Source: Dehalococcoidia bacterium (lineage in GTDB: Bacteria; Chloroflexota; Dehalococcoidia; Lucifugimonadales; UBA1127). Taken from it: DNA of 64,000 nucleotides. Made by a program: the position numbers and the translations under genes. Positions 51,741-62,091 of the stretch are shown here, piece after piece. How positions within the stretch are numbered: the first letter of the stretch is position 1; each line of letters begins with the position of its first letter. The notes under the pieces were generated by a model that saw only the letters and a program-made list of their open reading frames with translations, was not told the origin of the DNA and ran no database searches. Where the stretch lies: NCBI GenBank assembly GCA_965116355.1, contig OZ220679.1:1118669-1182668 (forward strand), read 5' to 3'.

Positions 51741-51939
51741 CACACCGGCAGCGCCCGTTTTGGCCGGAAATTACGAATTTCGACAGTTTCCGATGAATTT
51801 GCGCGGAGGCTGCCCGACGATTCGGTATCCCGCGGCCACGAAATGCTCGATTGCGTCCTCGCCATTGAGGGTAGCGCGCCTGCTAGAATACGCGCATTCC
51901 CACTCGGGCGCGGCGCGCCCACAGGCAGGCCGAGCCGAC

Positions 51940-53088
51940 ATGCACCTCACGCACCTTGCGCTGCGGAACTTTCGCAACTACGCCGCCGCCGAGCTCACCC
52001 TCGGGCCGGGGCTGACGGTATTCCGCGGCGCCAACGCGCAGGGCAAGAGCAACCTGCTGGAGGCTGTCGCGATGCTGGCGCTGACCAAGTCGACGCGCGC
52101 CGAGCAGGAGCGCGACGTGGTGCGCTTCGCGTCGTTGGCGGACACGCCGTACACGCGGGTGTCCGGGACGGCCGAGCGGCGGGACGGCGGGGCCGTCGAG
52201 GTGCAGATCGACATGGCGCTGGCCCCCGGCGACAGCCGGGACAGGCTCGCCTTCCAGAAGCGGCTGCGGGTCGACGGGGTCCCGAAGGCGGCCGGGCAGG
52301 CGGTGGGCGCCATCGCGGCCGTGCTCTTCTCCGCCGACGACCTCGACATCGTCACCGGCTCGCCGGCGAACCGGCGTCGGTACTTGGACGTGCTGCTGTC
52401 GCAGGCGAACCGGGGCTACCTGCGGGCGCTCCAGGGTTACCAGCGGGTGATCACGCAGCGGAACCAGCTCCTGCGGCGCATCCGCGAGGGACTGGCTCGC
52501 ACACCTGAGCTGGCCTACTGGGACGGCGAGCTTTGCCGGCTCGGCGCGCAGGTGACGGGTTGGCGCCGGGACGCCGTCGCCGCGCTTGCCCCGGCGGGCG
52601 CGGGAGCGTACGCGGCGATGGCGCCCGACGATGGCACCTTCGAGGCCGTGTACGCGCCATCCATCGACCACGGCGGCACGACGGAGGAGGTCTCGGCCCA
52701 CGCAATGGGGCTGCTGGCCGAGCGGCGGGAGCGCGAGGTGCAGATGGCGCAGTCGCTCGTCGGGCCGCACCGGGACGACCTGCTCCTGACCGTCGGCGGG
52801 CTGGACGTGGGGCAGTTCGGCTCGCGGGGGCAGGTGCGGACGGCGGCGCTGTCGCTGCGGCTGGCCGAGGCGGCCTACCTGCGGACCGCGCTGGGAGAGG
52901 AGCCCGTGCTGCTGCTGGACGACGTGCTCTCGGAGCTGGACGGGCAGCGCCGGCAGCACGTTCTGGAGGCGGCCTGCCGCGCCGAGCAGTCGCTGGTCAC
53001 GGTGGTCGAGGGAGAGGAGCCGCCCGGCCTGCACGAGGCCGTCGCGACGTACACCGTCGAGGCGGGGACGCTGCGGCGCGAGGGGTGA
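51940..53088 (+). CDS. recF: DNA replication/repair protein RecF
   Basis: MHLTHLALRNFRNYAAAELTLGPGLTVFRGANAQGKSNLLEAV (Walker A GANAQGKS); C-terminal LLLDDVLSELD. Confidence 0.9.
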   Translation: MHLTHLALRNFRNYAAAELTLGPGLTVFRGANAQGKSNLLEAVAMLALTKSTRAEQERDVVRFASLADTPYTRVSGTAERRDGGAVEVQIDMALAPGDSRDRLAFQKRLRVDGVPKAAGQAVGAIAAVLFSADDLDIVTGSPANRRRYLDVLLSQANRGYLRALQGYQRVITQRNQLLRRIREGLARTPELAYWDGELCRLGAQVTGWRRDAVAALAPAGAGAYAAMAPDDGTFEAVYAPSIDHGGTTEEVSAHAMGLLAERREREVQMAQSLVGPHRDDLLLTVGGLDVGQFGSRGQVRTAALSLRLAEAAYLRTALGEEPVLLLDDVLSELDGQRRQHVLEAACRAEQSLVTVVEGEEPPGLHEAVATYTVEAGTLRREG

Positions 53089-53091
53089 GGG

Positions 53092-54360
53092 TTACCCCAC
53101 GTCCTCCAGGGTCTCGCCCTTGCCGAGGGTGGTGGAAGCTGCGCGGACGTTGTAGGCGTGGCCCATGTGCGCGGCCGCCGGCTCGGTGCCCTCGCGCAGG
53201 TCTATGGCCGCTTTCATCAGCATCCTGCGGGCGGCCACGACGGCGATGTCGTTCTCGTCGAGTTGCTCCTTGGAGCGGTCGACGATGGCGCCCATGCTCT
53301 CCTCGAGCACCAGCGCGAGCTCGAACTGGTTGGAGATGGAGGCGAGGGGGTTGGCGCCGGATGTCTTGCGCTCGATGAGGTAATCGTTCTCCTTGTTGCG
53401 GGCGCGCTTGTAGGTGCCCTCCTCGAGCGTGGGGTGGAAGCCGTGGCCCGCCCTGCGTTGCGAGACCTCATCCTCCGTCAGCGGCCGGTCCGGGTGGTAG
53501 GTGATGGCGAAGACCATCGTGTTGCGGTCGTCGACGGGCACCCACGCGAGACAGCCAAGGAGGCCTTCGCCCTCGGGCTTGGGCGTGGTGTAGAAGGGCA
53601 TGAGCCACTGGTTGAGCTGCCACTGGCTCTCGTCCCTGCCCTTCTCCGTGGACGCGCCCACCAGCAGGCCGTAGTCGGTTGTCTTGATGGCGACTGTCTG
53701 GATGGGCTTCTCCGTCTCGCCCGGCTGGTCCTGCAGACCCTGCACCAGGCGATCGGCCGTCGACTCGACCGACGGCGGGTCGCCGAAGAGCATGTCGTAC
53801 AGGTAGGCGATGCGGGTGCTGTCGATACCCCCCTCGAGGCCCTGCAGGTAGTTGCACTCCTGAACGTACTTGGTGATGAAGCGGTTTTCGGCGGGCAGCT
53901 CGACCCACTCGAACTGGGGCAGCTCCGCTGACTCCTCGGCGGGGCCCATGTATGTCCAGATGACGCCGCCCCACTCCCGGGCGCGGTAGGCGACAGCCCT
54001 GATGTCCTTCATCATCTGCTGCGCCTCCTCTTCCGGCTCGAGGGGCATGTCGACGATGTTGCCTTCCACATCGAACTTCCAGCCGCAGCGGGGGCAGCGC
54101 AGGCCGTTCTCCTCATTGATGCCGTAGGACAGGTCGACGCCGCGGTGGGGGCAGGCGGCCTCGAGGATTCCGAGCCGGCCCGAGGTGTCGCGGAAGCCGA
54201 CGATGTGCTCACCGAGCAGGCGGGTGCGCGCCGGCGTGCCGTCGGGCTCGGCCAGCTCCCGCGAAAGGAACGCCGGGACCCAGAAACGGCGGAACAGGTC
54301 GCCCATGGGGGTCTCCGGCCCAATTTGCGTGACGAGCTTGTTTTCTTCCGGCGTTAGCAC
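53092..54360 (-). CDS. Rieske-type aromatic-ring-hydroxylating oxygenase alpha-subunit-like protein with atypical second ligand box (CPRC)
   Basis: CPHRG...(16 aa)...CPRCGWKF where the canonical sequence is CxH...CxxH. The C-terminal catalytic domain is present. GTG start. Confidence 0.8.
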   Translation of the reverse strand: MLTPEENKLVTQIGPETPMGDLFRRFWVPAFLSRELAEPDGTPARTRLLGEHIVGFRDTSGRLGILEAACPHRGVDLSYGINEENGLRCPRCGWKFDVEGNIVDMPLEPEEEAQQMMKDIRAVAYRAREWGGVIWTYMGPAEESAELPQFEWVELPAENRFITKYVQECNYLQGLEGGIDSTRIAYLYDMLFGDPPSVESTADRLVQGLQDQPGETEKPIQTVAIKTTDYGLLVGASTEKGRDESQWQLNQWLMPFYTTPKPEGEGLLGCLAWVPVDDRNTMVFAITYHPDRPLTEDEVSQRRAGHGFHPTLEEGTYKRARNKENDYLIERKTSGANPLASISNQFELALVLEESMGAIVDRSKEQLDENDIAVVAARRMLMKAAIDLREGTEPAAAHMGHAYNVRAASTTLGKGETLEDVG

Positions 54361-54649
54361 TGCGGCACCTCCAGACAGAACCCTGCGGGAAAAACGGCCA
54401 CCATACTATAGCACACATGCGCGGCAGCGGATTTGGGAGCCAGGGGCGCGGTCAAGTTAACGCTGGGCATAGGGATGAAAGGGTCTGAATTTTGCCTTTA
54501 GTGACAGGGCAAAAGCACCGTTGAAAGATTGTTGCCTATGGTATCCTGCCACGCACGGGCGCATCATTTGCCTGTGCGTTCGCAAGCGGGAGCGCCGCGA
54601 GCGACCCCGGCGACCATGAGGGTATTCACTGAGAGGGGATGGATGAAGA

Positions 54650-54937
54650 ATGGCCGCATACGTTATCACCGACGTTGAGATCACGGACCCGGACCTCTAC
54701 AGACAGTTCATTGAACAGGTGACCACCACCGTGGAGGGTCATGGCGGTAAGTTTGTCGCACGGGGCGGCGCACTCGAGACCATCCTGGGCGGCTGGACGC
54801 CCAAACGCCTCGCGATACTGGAGTTCGGCAGCATGGAACAGGTCCACACCTGGTTGGACTCCCCCGAGTACACGGCTCTTGCTGACATCCGCGACCGGTC
54901 TTCCCGCATTAACATGGTAGTCGTCGAGGGCCTGTAG
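54650..54937 (+). CDS. DUF1330 domain protein
   Basis: MAAYVITDVEITDPDLYRQF...ILEFGSMEQVHTWLDSPEY is typical of DUF1330. Confidence 0.85.
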   Translation: MAAYVITDVEITDPDLYRQFIEQVTTTVEGHGGKFVARGGALETILGGWTPKRLAILEFGSMEQVHTWLDSPEYTALADIRDRSSRINMVVVEGL

Positions 54938-55074
54938 CCCCGAGAGGGTTGGCGGTCCAGACCATCCCGGCGCGCAGCCTGTCACGACGCGCCCCTGATT
55001 TGCGGACATGGTGGAGCGGTCCCACAGCCACAGCCCTTGAGAGCATCAACTCGACCATGAGGAGCAAGTGAACT

Positions 55075-56763
55075 ATGGCCGTTATGAGCGGAGGCGAAGC
55101 CCTGGTCAAGTCACTGGTGCGCGAAGGCGTTGAGGTCGTCTTCGGGATTCCGGGCATCCAGATCTACGGCATCGTGGCTGCGCTTCGGGACGAGCCGTCC
55201 ATCCGCATGATCACCACGCGTCACGAGCAGGCGACGACCTACATGGCCGACGGCTACGCTCGAGCATCGGGAAAGCCGGGGGTCGCCATGGTGGTGCCGG
55301 GCGCGGGCGTGTACAACGCGGCGTCCGGGTTGACCAACGCCTACTCCCGCTCGACGCCGGTGCTCCTCGTCGCCGGACAGGTGCCGCGCGCCGCAATGGG
55401 GCGGAACCTGGGGGCGGTCCATGAAATCGCAGACCAGCCCGGCGCCGTTCGGTCCGTGACCAAGTGGCAGCGTCAGGCGCTCCGGCCCCGCGCCATTCCG
55501 GAGGCGGTGTTCGAGGCGTTCCGGCAGATGCGGACGGGCCGTCCGCGCCCCGTGCTGATCGAGATTCCCCCCGACACCGGCGTGGAGCGCGAGGAGGTCG
55601 CGCTCCGGGACCCGGCCCGTGTCTCGCGCATCGTGCCGAGCCGCGAGGACCTGGAGTCAGCCGCCCAGGTCATCGCCAGTTCCCGGCTCCCCCTGATATA
55701 CGCCGGCGGCGGTGTGGCGCGCTCCGACGCCGAGGAGGCCCTGGTCAGGCTGGCCGAGGCGACAAACATCCCCGTCATCACCTCCAGCGGCGGCAAGGGG
55801 ACGATACCGGACAACCATCCCCTGTCCTACGGTTCCTGCTTCAGTCCCAGGGCGGAGCGGCAGGAGATGAACCAGCTCTATGAGGTGATGCAATCGGCGG
55901 ACGTGGTGATCGGCATCGGCGCGCGCTTCTCGCTGGGCAATCCGGCCGGGGAGCGGTCCACACTGATAAACATCAACATCGACGACACGGAGCTCACCAG
56001 GGTTCAGGCCAACACCGTTCCGCTGCACGGCGACGCCCGGGCAACCATCGAAGCCCTGCTTCCCGTGCTCCTCGAGGCGGGGGCGGCGGACCGCACCTCG
56101 CCCGCCGAGGCCGTCGCCGCGGCCCGCAAGCTGATCGCCTACTACGACATCGATCTCCATGAGCCGCAGTACCCGGTCATCGAGGCGCTGCAGAGGGGCA
56201 TCCCGGAGGACACCTTCATCGTCTGGGACGTGACCCAGTTCGGCTACTATGCCCGCACCCACTACCAGGTGAACCACCCCAAGACCTACATCGACTCGGG
56301 CTACTCCTTCAACCTCGGCTACGCCTTTCCGACGGCGCTGGGCGTGAAGGTCGCGCAGCCGGACCGCCCGGTGGTGTGCATGGCGGGCGACGGCGGGTTC
56401 ATGTTCAACGCCTCGGAGCTCTCAACGGCGGTGAGGTACGGGATCAACGTGGTAACCGTGGTGTTCAGGAACGACTCCTACGGCAACGTTGCGCGTGACC
56501 TTGAGACGGCGTTCAACGGGACGTACGAGACGGACCTGCACAACCCGGACTTCGTGAAGTTCGCCGAGTCCTTCGGCGCCGTCGCCATGCGGGCGGAAGG
56601 CCCGATGGAACTGGAGACGCTCATACCGCAGGCGTTGGAACGACAAGCGCCCGTGGTGATAGACGTGCCCTTTGGGGACATGCCCATCCCGCGAGCGCCG
56701 CAATTCGCGCCCCTCTACAACCTCCCCTGGACGCAGCCGCAAGAAGGGCTCATCAACTCCTGA
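55075..56763 (+). CDS. thiamine-diphosphate-dependent enzyme (acetolactate synthase-like family)
   Basis: N-terminus GGEALVKSLVREGVEVVFGIPG; C-terminal TPP motif GDGGFMFN...N. Confidence 0.9.
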   Translation: MAVMSGGEALVKSLVREGVEVVFGIPGIQIYGIVAALRDEPSIRMITTRHEQATTYMADGYARASGKPGVAMVVPGAGVYNAASGLTNAYSRSTPVLLVAGQVPRAAMGRNLGAVHEIADQPGAVRSVTKWQRQALRPRAIPEAVFEAFRQMRTGRPRPVLIEIPPDTGVEREEVALRDPARVSRIVPSREDLESAAQVIASSRLPLIYAGGGVARSDAEEALVRLAEATNIPVITSSGGKGTIPDNHPLSYGSCFSPRAERQEMNQLYEVMQSADVVIGIGARFSLGNPAGERSTLININIDDTELTRVQANTVPLHGDARATIEALLPVLLEAGAADRTSPAEAVAAARKLIAYYDIDLHEPQYPVIEALQRGIPEDTFIVWDVTQFGYYARTHYQVNHPKTYIDSGYSFNLGYAFPTALGVKVAQPDRPVVCMAGDGGFMFNASELSTAVRYGINVVTVVFRNDSYGNVARDLETAFNGTYETDLHNPDFVKFAESFGAVAMRAEGPMELETLIPQALERQAPVVIDVPFGDMPIPRAPQFAPLYNLPWTQPQEGLINS

Positions 56764-56922
56764 GCCGACGGCCCCCGCCGGCTCAGGCATTTGCCCGGGC
56801 CACGGACGGCTGCGGGACCGGTGTTCGGCCGGCGCGAGGAGACCGCACAATTGCGGCCGACCTTGCCGCAACCTATACTGGCGTCGCCCACAGACCGAGA
56901 TCCCTACCGCGAGGAGCGCGCC

Positions 56923-57891
56923 ATGACCATCTACCTGAGCAACGAGGACGTCCGCACCCTGCTGCCCATGGACGAGTGCATCGACCTGATGGAGCAGGTC
57001 TTCCGCGACGAGGCCGAGGGGAAAGCCGTCAACCTGCCGCGGCAACACCTGCCTTTGCCCAAGGGGTTTCACCGGACGGTCCAGGGGATCGCCGAGGGAT
57101 TCGGCGTCTATGGCATGAAGACCTATGGAAGCGACCGCCGCCCCAACGCCCCAAACCGCACCCGCTACCTGGTGCTCCTCTACAGCCTGGAGACCGGCGC
57201 CCTCGACGCCATCGTAGACGCCCGCGACCTCGGCCAGATCCGCACGGGCGCGGTGAGCGGGCTCGCAACACGGTACATGGCCCGTGAGGACGCCACGACG
57301 CTCGGCATCATCGGCACCGGCTGGGAGGCGCGGGCGCAGATGGCGGCGATGAACGCCGTGCGCAACATCAGCCACGTGAAGGCGTACAGCCGCTCGGCGG
57401 AGAACCGCGAGAGCTTCAGCGCCGAGATGCGCGAGAAGCACGGGTTGGACGTCGACCCGATGGACTCGGCCGAGGAGGCTTCCCGCGACGTGGACATTCT
57501 CGTCACCATCACGGGCGCGAACGAGCCGGTCATCTCGGGCGAGTGGCTGGAGCCGGGCATGCACGTCAACGGCATCGGCGCAACGGGCACCAACCGCCGC
57601 GAGTTGGACGTCGAGGCCGTCCGCCGCTCCGACCTGATCGTCGTCGAGTTGCTGGAGCAATCGAAGAACGACAGCGGCGAGCTGCTGCACGCGGAGCGCG
57701 AGGGGGTCTTCGACTGGTCCAACGTGACGGAGCTGGCGGACATCGTCGTGGGCAAGGCGTCCGGACGGCCCTCGGCGGAGGCCATCACGCAGTTCAACGC
57801 GCTGGGCGTCGGAACGGAGGACCTGGCGGCCGCGTCCGTCGTCTACCGCAAGGCCGTCGAGCGGGGCATGGGCGTGGAGCTGGCGATGTAG
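56923..57891 (+). CDS. ornithine cyclodeaminase/mu-crystallin family protein
   Basis: MTIYLSNEDVRTLLPMDECIDLMEQVF...IRTGAVSGLATRYMA...GIIGTGWEARAQ. ATG 56923 is preferred. Confidence 0.85.
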   Translation: MTIYLSNEDVRTLLPMDECIDLMEQVFRDEAEGKAVNLPRQHLPLPKGFHRTVQGIAEGFGVYGMKTYGSDRRPNAPNRTRYLVLLYSLETGALDAIVDARDLGQIRTGAVSGLATRYMAREDATTLGIIGTGWEARAQMAAMNAVRNISHVKAYSRSAENRESFSAEMREKHGLDVDPMDSAEEASRDVDILVTITGANEPVISGEWLEPGMHVNGIGATGTNRRELDVEAVRRSDLIVVELLEQSKNDSGELLHAEREGVFDWSNVTELADIVVGKASGRPSAEAITQFNALGVGTEDLAAASVVYRKAVERGMGVELAM

Positions 57892-57898
57892 GGGACTA

Positions 57899-57926
57899 CC
57901 CAAGCCCCCCGTTCGAGGCGGGCTTG
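57899..57926. terminator. hairpin CCAAGCCC-N12-GGGCTTGG after the OCD-family gene (contains a REP-A-like CCGTTCGAGG core)
   Basis: 8-bp stem seen in the sequence; no U tract. Confidence 0.3.
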
Positions 57927-57948
57927 GTGGGGCCGTAGTGGGACGAAA

Positions 57949-58449
57949 ATGACTTCTTCCGACATGATTATGTCCTCAAGCAATGGCCTCACCTTCATGT
58001 ACCGCGTCGGCGCCATTGCCGTTCACAACGAGCGCGTTCTGGTCGAACTTGCCGTCAAGAAGGGTTTTTGCTTCGCCCCCGGAGGGCGCGTGGAATACGG
58101 TGAAAATGCTGTTCAGGCGTTGGCGAGGGAGCTTCGGGAAGAATTTGGGGAGGAAGTGACCATCGGCCGCCTCCTTCTTGTCACCGACAACCTGTTCGAG
58201 CTCGAAGGCCGCCGATACCAGGAAATGGCCCTGTATTTCCTGATCGAGTTTAGCCCCGGCTCACCGGTCCTCGACCGGGAGGGCCCCTTTGAGGGGATGG
58301 AGGCCGGCACCGTATTCCAGTGGATTCCCCTTGACCAAGTGGAGCAGGCCAACCTCCTCCCGGCCTTACTCCAACCGCGCGTGAAGGAGATTCCTCCCGC
58401 TACCGAATACGTCGCCCACCCGGACTTCATAAACACTAGTACCCCATGA
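57949..58449 (+). CDS. NUDIX hydrolase
   Basis: Nudix box GGRVEYGENAVQALARELREEFGEEV. Confidence 0.8.
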   Translation: MTSSDMIMSSSNGLTFMYRVGAIAVHNERVLVELAVKKGFCFAPGGRVEYGENAVQALARELREEFGEEVTIGRLLLVTDNLFELEGRRYQEMALYFLIEFSPGSPVLDREGPFEGMEAGTVFQWIPLDQVEQANLLPALLQPRVKEIPPATEYVAHPDFINTSTP

Positions 58450-60047
58450 CCGGCCCTGATCTCACCGTCCTCAACTGGCTGCTTGCCGTCCTGCCGCTTG
58501 TCGTGCTGGCGGGGGCGATGCTGTGGCTCAACCGGCCTGCCGAGCAGGCCGGCGCCGTAGCCTTCGCGCTGGCAGCCGCGCTTGCGCTGCTGGCCTTCGG
58601 CGCCGAGTGGGGGCACGTGGGCATCGCGGCGGCCAAGGGCGTGAACCTGGCCGTCTTCGTGCTCCTCATCGTCTGGGCCGCCGTGTTTCTCTACAACATC
58701 CTCGAGCGGCTGGGCGCCGTCGACGCAGTGGGGCGGCACATGGCCGCGCTGTCCGGCGACCAACTGGCGCAGTCGCTCATCATCGCGTGGGGATTCTCCA
58801 GCACGATACAGGGCGTGTCCGGCTTCGGCGTGCCGGTAGCCGTGGCGGCGCCGCTGTTGATCATGCTGGGCGTCCCGCCGGTCCGCGCCGCCGCGATGTC
58901 CCTCGTCGGGCACGGGTGGGCGGTCACCTTCGGGTCGCTGGGCTCCTCCTACTACACCATCCAGCTCGTCACGGGCATCGAGGAGACGGCGCTCGCGCCG
59001 CACATGGCGCTGCTCTTCGTGCCGGTGACCATCGCGAGCGGCGTACTCGTCGCGCACATCCAGGGGGGCATGCGGGCCGTGTGGCGGAGCCTGCCGGTGG
59101 TTGTTGTCGCGGGCGGGGTCATGTCCGGGACGATGTACGCCCTCGCGCTGGCGGGAGCGCCGCAGGTGGCGTCGCTGGGGGCGGGCATGCTGGGCACGGC
59201 GGCGCTCGTCGTCCTGACGCGCACGCCGCTGCTCGCCGGCGCGCGAGCGGGCGAGGGGCGTCCGGCAACCGTCACGGCTGCGCCTAGCGACGGGCCCGGC
59301 ATGCCGCCGGTCCTCGCCTTCATGCCCTACTTCGTGGTGATCGCCCTCAGCTTTGCGGCGCATATCGGGCCGGTGAAGGAGGCGGCGAGCGGGCTGCGGC
59401 TCGCGCTCGACTACCCCGGCTTCACGACGGGGCAGGGCTTCACCGTCGCGCCCGCCGACGACTACGCCGCCATCCGCCTGCTGGGCCACCCCGGGCCGCT
59501 CATCCTCATCGCGACGGCGCTGAGCGCGGCAGTCTACGCGGCGACGAAGCGGTGGCGGGCGGGGCTCGTCTCGGGCGCGCTGCGGTTCACCTACGACCAG
59601 TGCGCGAGCACCTCGCTGGCGGTGCCCGCGATGGTGGCGATGGCCGTCGTCATGGCCGACACCGGCATGACGGTCCTGCTGGCGCAGGGCATCGCGAACG
59701 TGTCCGGGCCGCTCTTCCCGTTGGCGTCGCCGTTCATCGGCCTGCTGGGGTCGTTCATGAGCGGCAGCAACACCAACTCCAACGTCATGTTCGGGCTGCT
59801 GCAGGTGGAGGCTGCGCGGGCGCTGGGCATTGGGACGGTGACCATCGCGGGCATCCAGTCGCTGGGCGGGTCCGTCGGCAGCTCGATGTCGCCCGCGAAG
59901 GTGGTCGTCGGCGCGACGGTGGCGGGGCTCGGCGGCGAGGTGCGCGCGATCTTCCGCATCGTCGTCCCGTACGTGCTCGCGCTGGTGCTGCTGGCGGGGG
60001 TGGAGGCGTTCCTGGTGGTGCGGTTCCTGCCGGCGCTGGCGCGCTAG
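58446..60047 (+). CDS. lctP: L-lactate permease (LctP family)
   Basis: 533 aa, multi-TM. The N-terminus and ...FMSGSNTNSNVMFG... motif are typical of LctP. ATGA overlap with the NUDIX gene. Confidence 0.85.
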   Translation: MTGPDLTVLNWLLAVLPLVVLAGAMLWLNRPAEQAGAVAFALAAALALLAFGAEWGHVGIAAAKGVNLAVFVLLIVWAAVFLYNILERLGAVDAVGRHMAALSGDQLAQSLIIAWGFSSTIQGVSGFGVPVAVAAPLLIMLGVPPVRAAAMSLVGHGWAVTFGSLGSSYYTIQLVTGIEETALAPHMALLFVPVTIASGVLVAHIQGGMRAVWRSLPVVVVAGGVMSGTMYALALAGAPQVASLGAGMLGTAALVVLTRTPLLAGARAGEGRPATVTAAPSDGPGMPPVLAFMPYFVVIALSFAAHIGPVKEAASGLRLALDYPGFTTGQGFTVAPADDYAAIRLLGHPGPLILIATALSAAVYAATKRWRAGLVSGALRFTYDQCASTSLAVPAMVAMAVVMADTGMTVLLAQGIANVSGPLFPLASPFIGLLGSFMSGSNTNSNVMFGLLQVEAARALGIGTVTIAGIQSLGGSVGSSMSPAKVVVGATVAGLGGEVRAIFRIVVPYVLALVLLAGVEAFLVVRFLPALAR

Positions 60048-61204
60048 TATGACCGAGGCATGCCCAGCACCCGCTGGCCGAGGTACGCCAGCACGAGGTT
60101 GTTGTTGATGGGGGCGACGGTGTAGAGGCGCGTTTCCCGGAACTTGCGCTCCACGTCGTAATCGGCAAGGAAGCCGTAGCCGCCGTGGGTGTCGACGCAG
60201 GCGTTGGCCGCCTCCCACGACGCCTGCGAGGCGAGGAGCTTGGCCATGTTGGCCTCCGGCCCGCAGGGCTGGCCCGCATCGAACTTGGCCGCCGCCTTGT
60301 GCCGCACGAGGTCCGCGGCCTCAACGTGGGCGTAGGCCTGCGCGATGGGGAGCTGCACGCCCTGGTTTGCGCCGATGGGCCGGTCAAAGACGACTCGCTC
60401 CTTCGCCCGTGACGACGCACGCTCGATGAACCAGCGGCCGTCGCCGATGCACTCGGCCGCGATGAGGATGCGCTCGGCGTTCCACGAGTCGATGACGCAG
60501 CGGAAGCCGCCGCCCTCCTCGCCGACCATGTGGTCCGCGGGGACCTCCAGGTTGCGGAGCGTCACGGCGTTGGTGTGGTTGTTCATCATCACGCGCAGCG
60601 GCCGCGCATCGACGGCCTCGCCCGCCTCACGCAGGTCGACGAGGAAGAGCGAGAGCCCCCGCGTCCGGTCGTCGAGCTCCTCGAGGGACGTCGTCCGCGC
60701 GAGCACGAGCATCAGGTCGGACTGGAGCACGCGCGAGATGAAGACCTTTTCGCCGTTGATGACGTAGGTGTCGCCACGGCGCTCGGCGGTGGTGGCGATG
60801 CGCGTGGTGTCGGAGCCGGCGTCGGGCTCTGTGATAGCGAAGGCCTGCAGGCGGAGGTCGCCGGCCGCGACGCGGGGGAGGTAGGCGCGCTTGAGGGCGT
60901 CGCCGGCGTGGCGGAGGAGGACGCCCATCATGTAGACCTGTGCATGGGCGGCGTTGGCGTTGGCCCCGCAGCGGTTCACCTCCTCCAGCACGACGCTGGT
61001 CTCGGCGAGCCCCATGCCCCCGCCACCGAGCTCCTTCGGGATCATGGTGGACAGCCAGCCCTCGCGGCTCAGCTCACGAATGAACTCCTCCGGGTAGCCG
61101 CGGTCGACGTCGAGGCGGCGCCAGTACGCGTCGCCGTAGCGCTCGCACAGGGCGCGCACGCCGGCGCGGAGGGTCTCCCAGTGCGCGGGGGTCTCGAAGT
61201 CCAT
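60044..61204 (-). CDS. acyl-CoA dehydrogenase family protein
   Basis: 386 aa with the ACAD N/M/C domain pattern (..AFAITEPDAGSD.., ..GGYGFLADYDVERKFRE..). Confidence 0.9.
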   Translation of the reverse strand: MDFETPAHWETLRAGVRALCERYGDAYWRRLDVDRGYPEEFIRELSREGWLSTMIPKELGGGGMGLAETSVVLEEVNRCGANANAAHAQVYMMGVLLRHAGDALKRAYLPRVAAGDLRLQAFAITEPDAGSDTTRIATTAERRGDTYVINGEKVFISRVLQSDLMLVLARTTSLEELDDRTRGLSLFLVDLREAGEAVDARPLRVMMNNHTNAVTLRNLEVPADHMVGEEGGGFRCVIDSWNAERILIAAECIGDGRWFIERASSRAKERVVFDRPIGANQGVQLPIAQAYAHVEAADLVRHKAAAKFDAGQPCGPEANMAKLLASQASWEAANACVDTHGGYGFLADYDVERKFRETRLYTVAPINNNLVLAYLGQRVLGMPRSY

Positions 61205-61263
61205 AGGCGGCCTCCATGAGGGTTGGCGGGCGTATTGTACACCGGCGGCGTGGGAGCGCCGTG

Positions 61264-62076
61264 CTAACCCTTGGCCGGCAGCAGGCGCGAGAGCTGGTTG
61301 AGGAACTCGGCGCTCCGGACCTCGCGCTCCAGCAGATAGCGGATGTAGCCGCCCTCGACGCGCTCGAGCTCGCGCGCGAGCGGCGCGTCAATGTGGAGCC
61401 GGCGAACGTCCTCGTACGGGTGGTCGCGGAAGAAGCGCAGCACCTTGAGGGCGTTCACCGAGAGGGGCAACAGCAGCGCGCCCGCTCGCTCGTGCGGGCC
61501 GCCCGGGTCGCCGCCGCGGGCGCACGACGTGCAGACGACGCCGCCGAGGCCGGGTGTGAAGAGGTGCTCGTCGGGCTGGACCTGCGCGCCGCAGACGACG
61601 CACTGCTGCAGCTCCGGCATGTAGCCGGTGAGCACGAGGACGTGGAAGGCGAAGTGCCACAGGAGCAGGTCCCCATCGCCCTCGTCCAGCATGCCGAGCG
61701 CGTTCAGCAACAGTCGGAAGAGCTCCGGGTTGGCCTGCTCGTCGGGGGCGAAGGCCTCGACGAGCTCCGCGCAGACGAGACCGCGCGCGATGCCCTCGAG
61801 GCTGCTGCGGAGGGCGGTGTGGCCGTGCACTGTGTCGGCGCCCGCGACGACGTCGGGCCCCCGGCCGCGGGCGAGCTGCAGGGAGGCGTGCACGAGGGGT
61901 TCGAGGTGGCCCGCCATGCGGCTTGTCGGGCGGCGGAGACCGCGCGCGACCAGCCGGAGCGTGCCGAAGTCGCGGGTGTAGACGGTGAGCATCCGGTCGG
62001 CCTCGCCGTAGGCGGCCTGGCGCAGCACGACGCCCTCGGTCTTGAAGGTGCGTGGCTTCTCGTACGAGGAGGTCAC
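61264..62076 (-). CDS. recO: DNA repair protein RecO
   Basis: FKTEGVVLRQAAYGEADRMLTVYTRDFGTLRLVARGLRR OB-fold N-terminus; zinc motif CVVCG...CTSC. Confidence 0.9.
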   Translation of the reverse strand: MTSSYEKPRTFKTEGVVLRQAAYGEADRMLTVYTRDFGTLRLVARGLRRPTSRMAGHLEPLVHASLQLARGRGPDVVAGADTVHGHTALRSSLEGIARGLVCAELVEAFAPDEQANPELFRLLLNALGMLDEGDGDLLLWHFAFHVLVLTGYMPELQQCVVCGAQVQPDEHLFTPGLGGVVCTSCARGGDPGGPHERAGALLLPLSVNALKVLRFFRDHPYEDVRRLHIDAPLARELERVEGGYIRYLLEREVRSAEFLNQLSRLLPAKG

Positions 62077-62091
62077 GGCTGCACCGGCGGG

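Noticed and set aside
48642-52508. 523-aa and 754-aa plus-strand ORFs
   Set aside because: They are antisense to ppdK and to the intergenic region, and are low-complexity. The recF reading frame starts only at 51940.
54361-54649. 290-nt intergenic region with small hairpins, considered as a riboswitch or sRNA
   Set aside because: I could recognise only a promoter-like TGCTATAGT and weak imperfect hairpins, with no known riboswitch core sequence. A covariance-model scan is needed.
58113-60218. 701-aa minus-strand ORF
   Set aside because: It is antisense to lctP and extremely Arg/His/Pro-rich.
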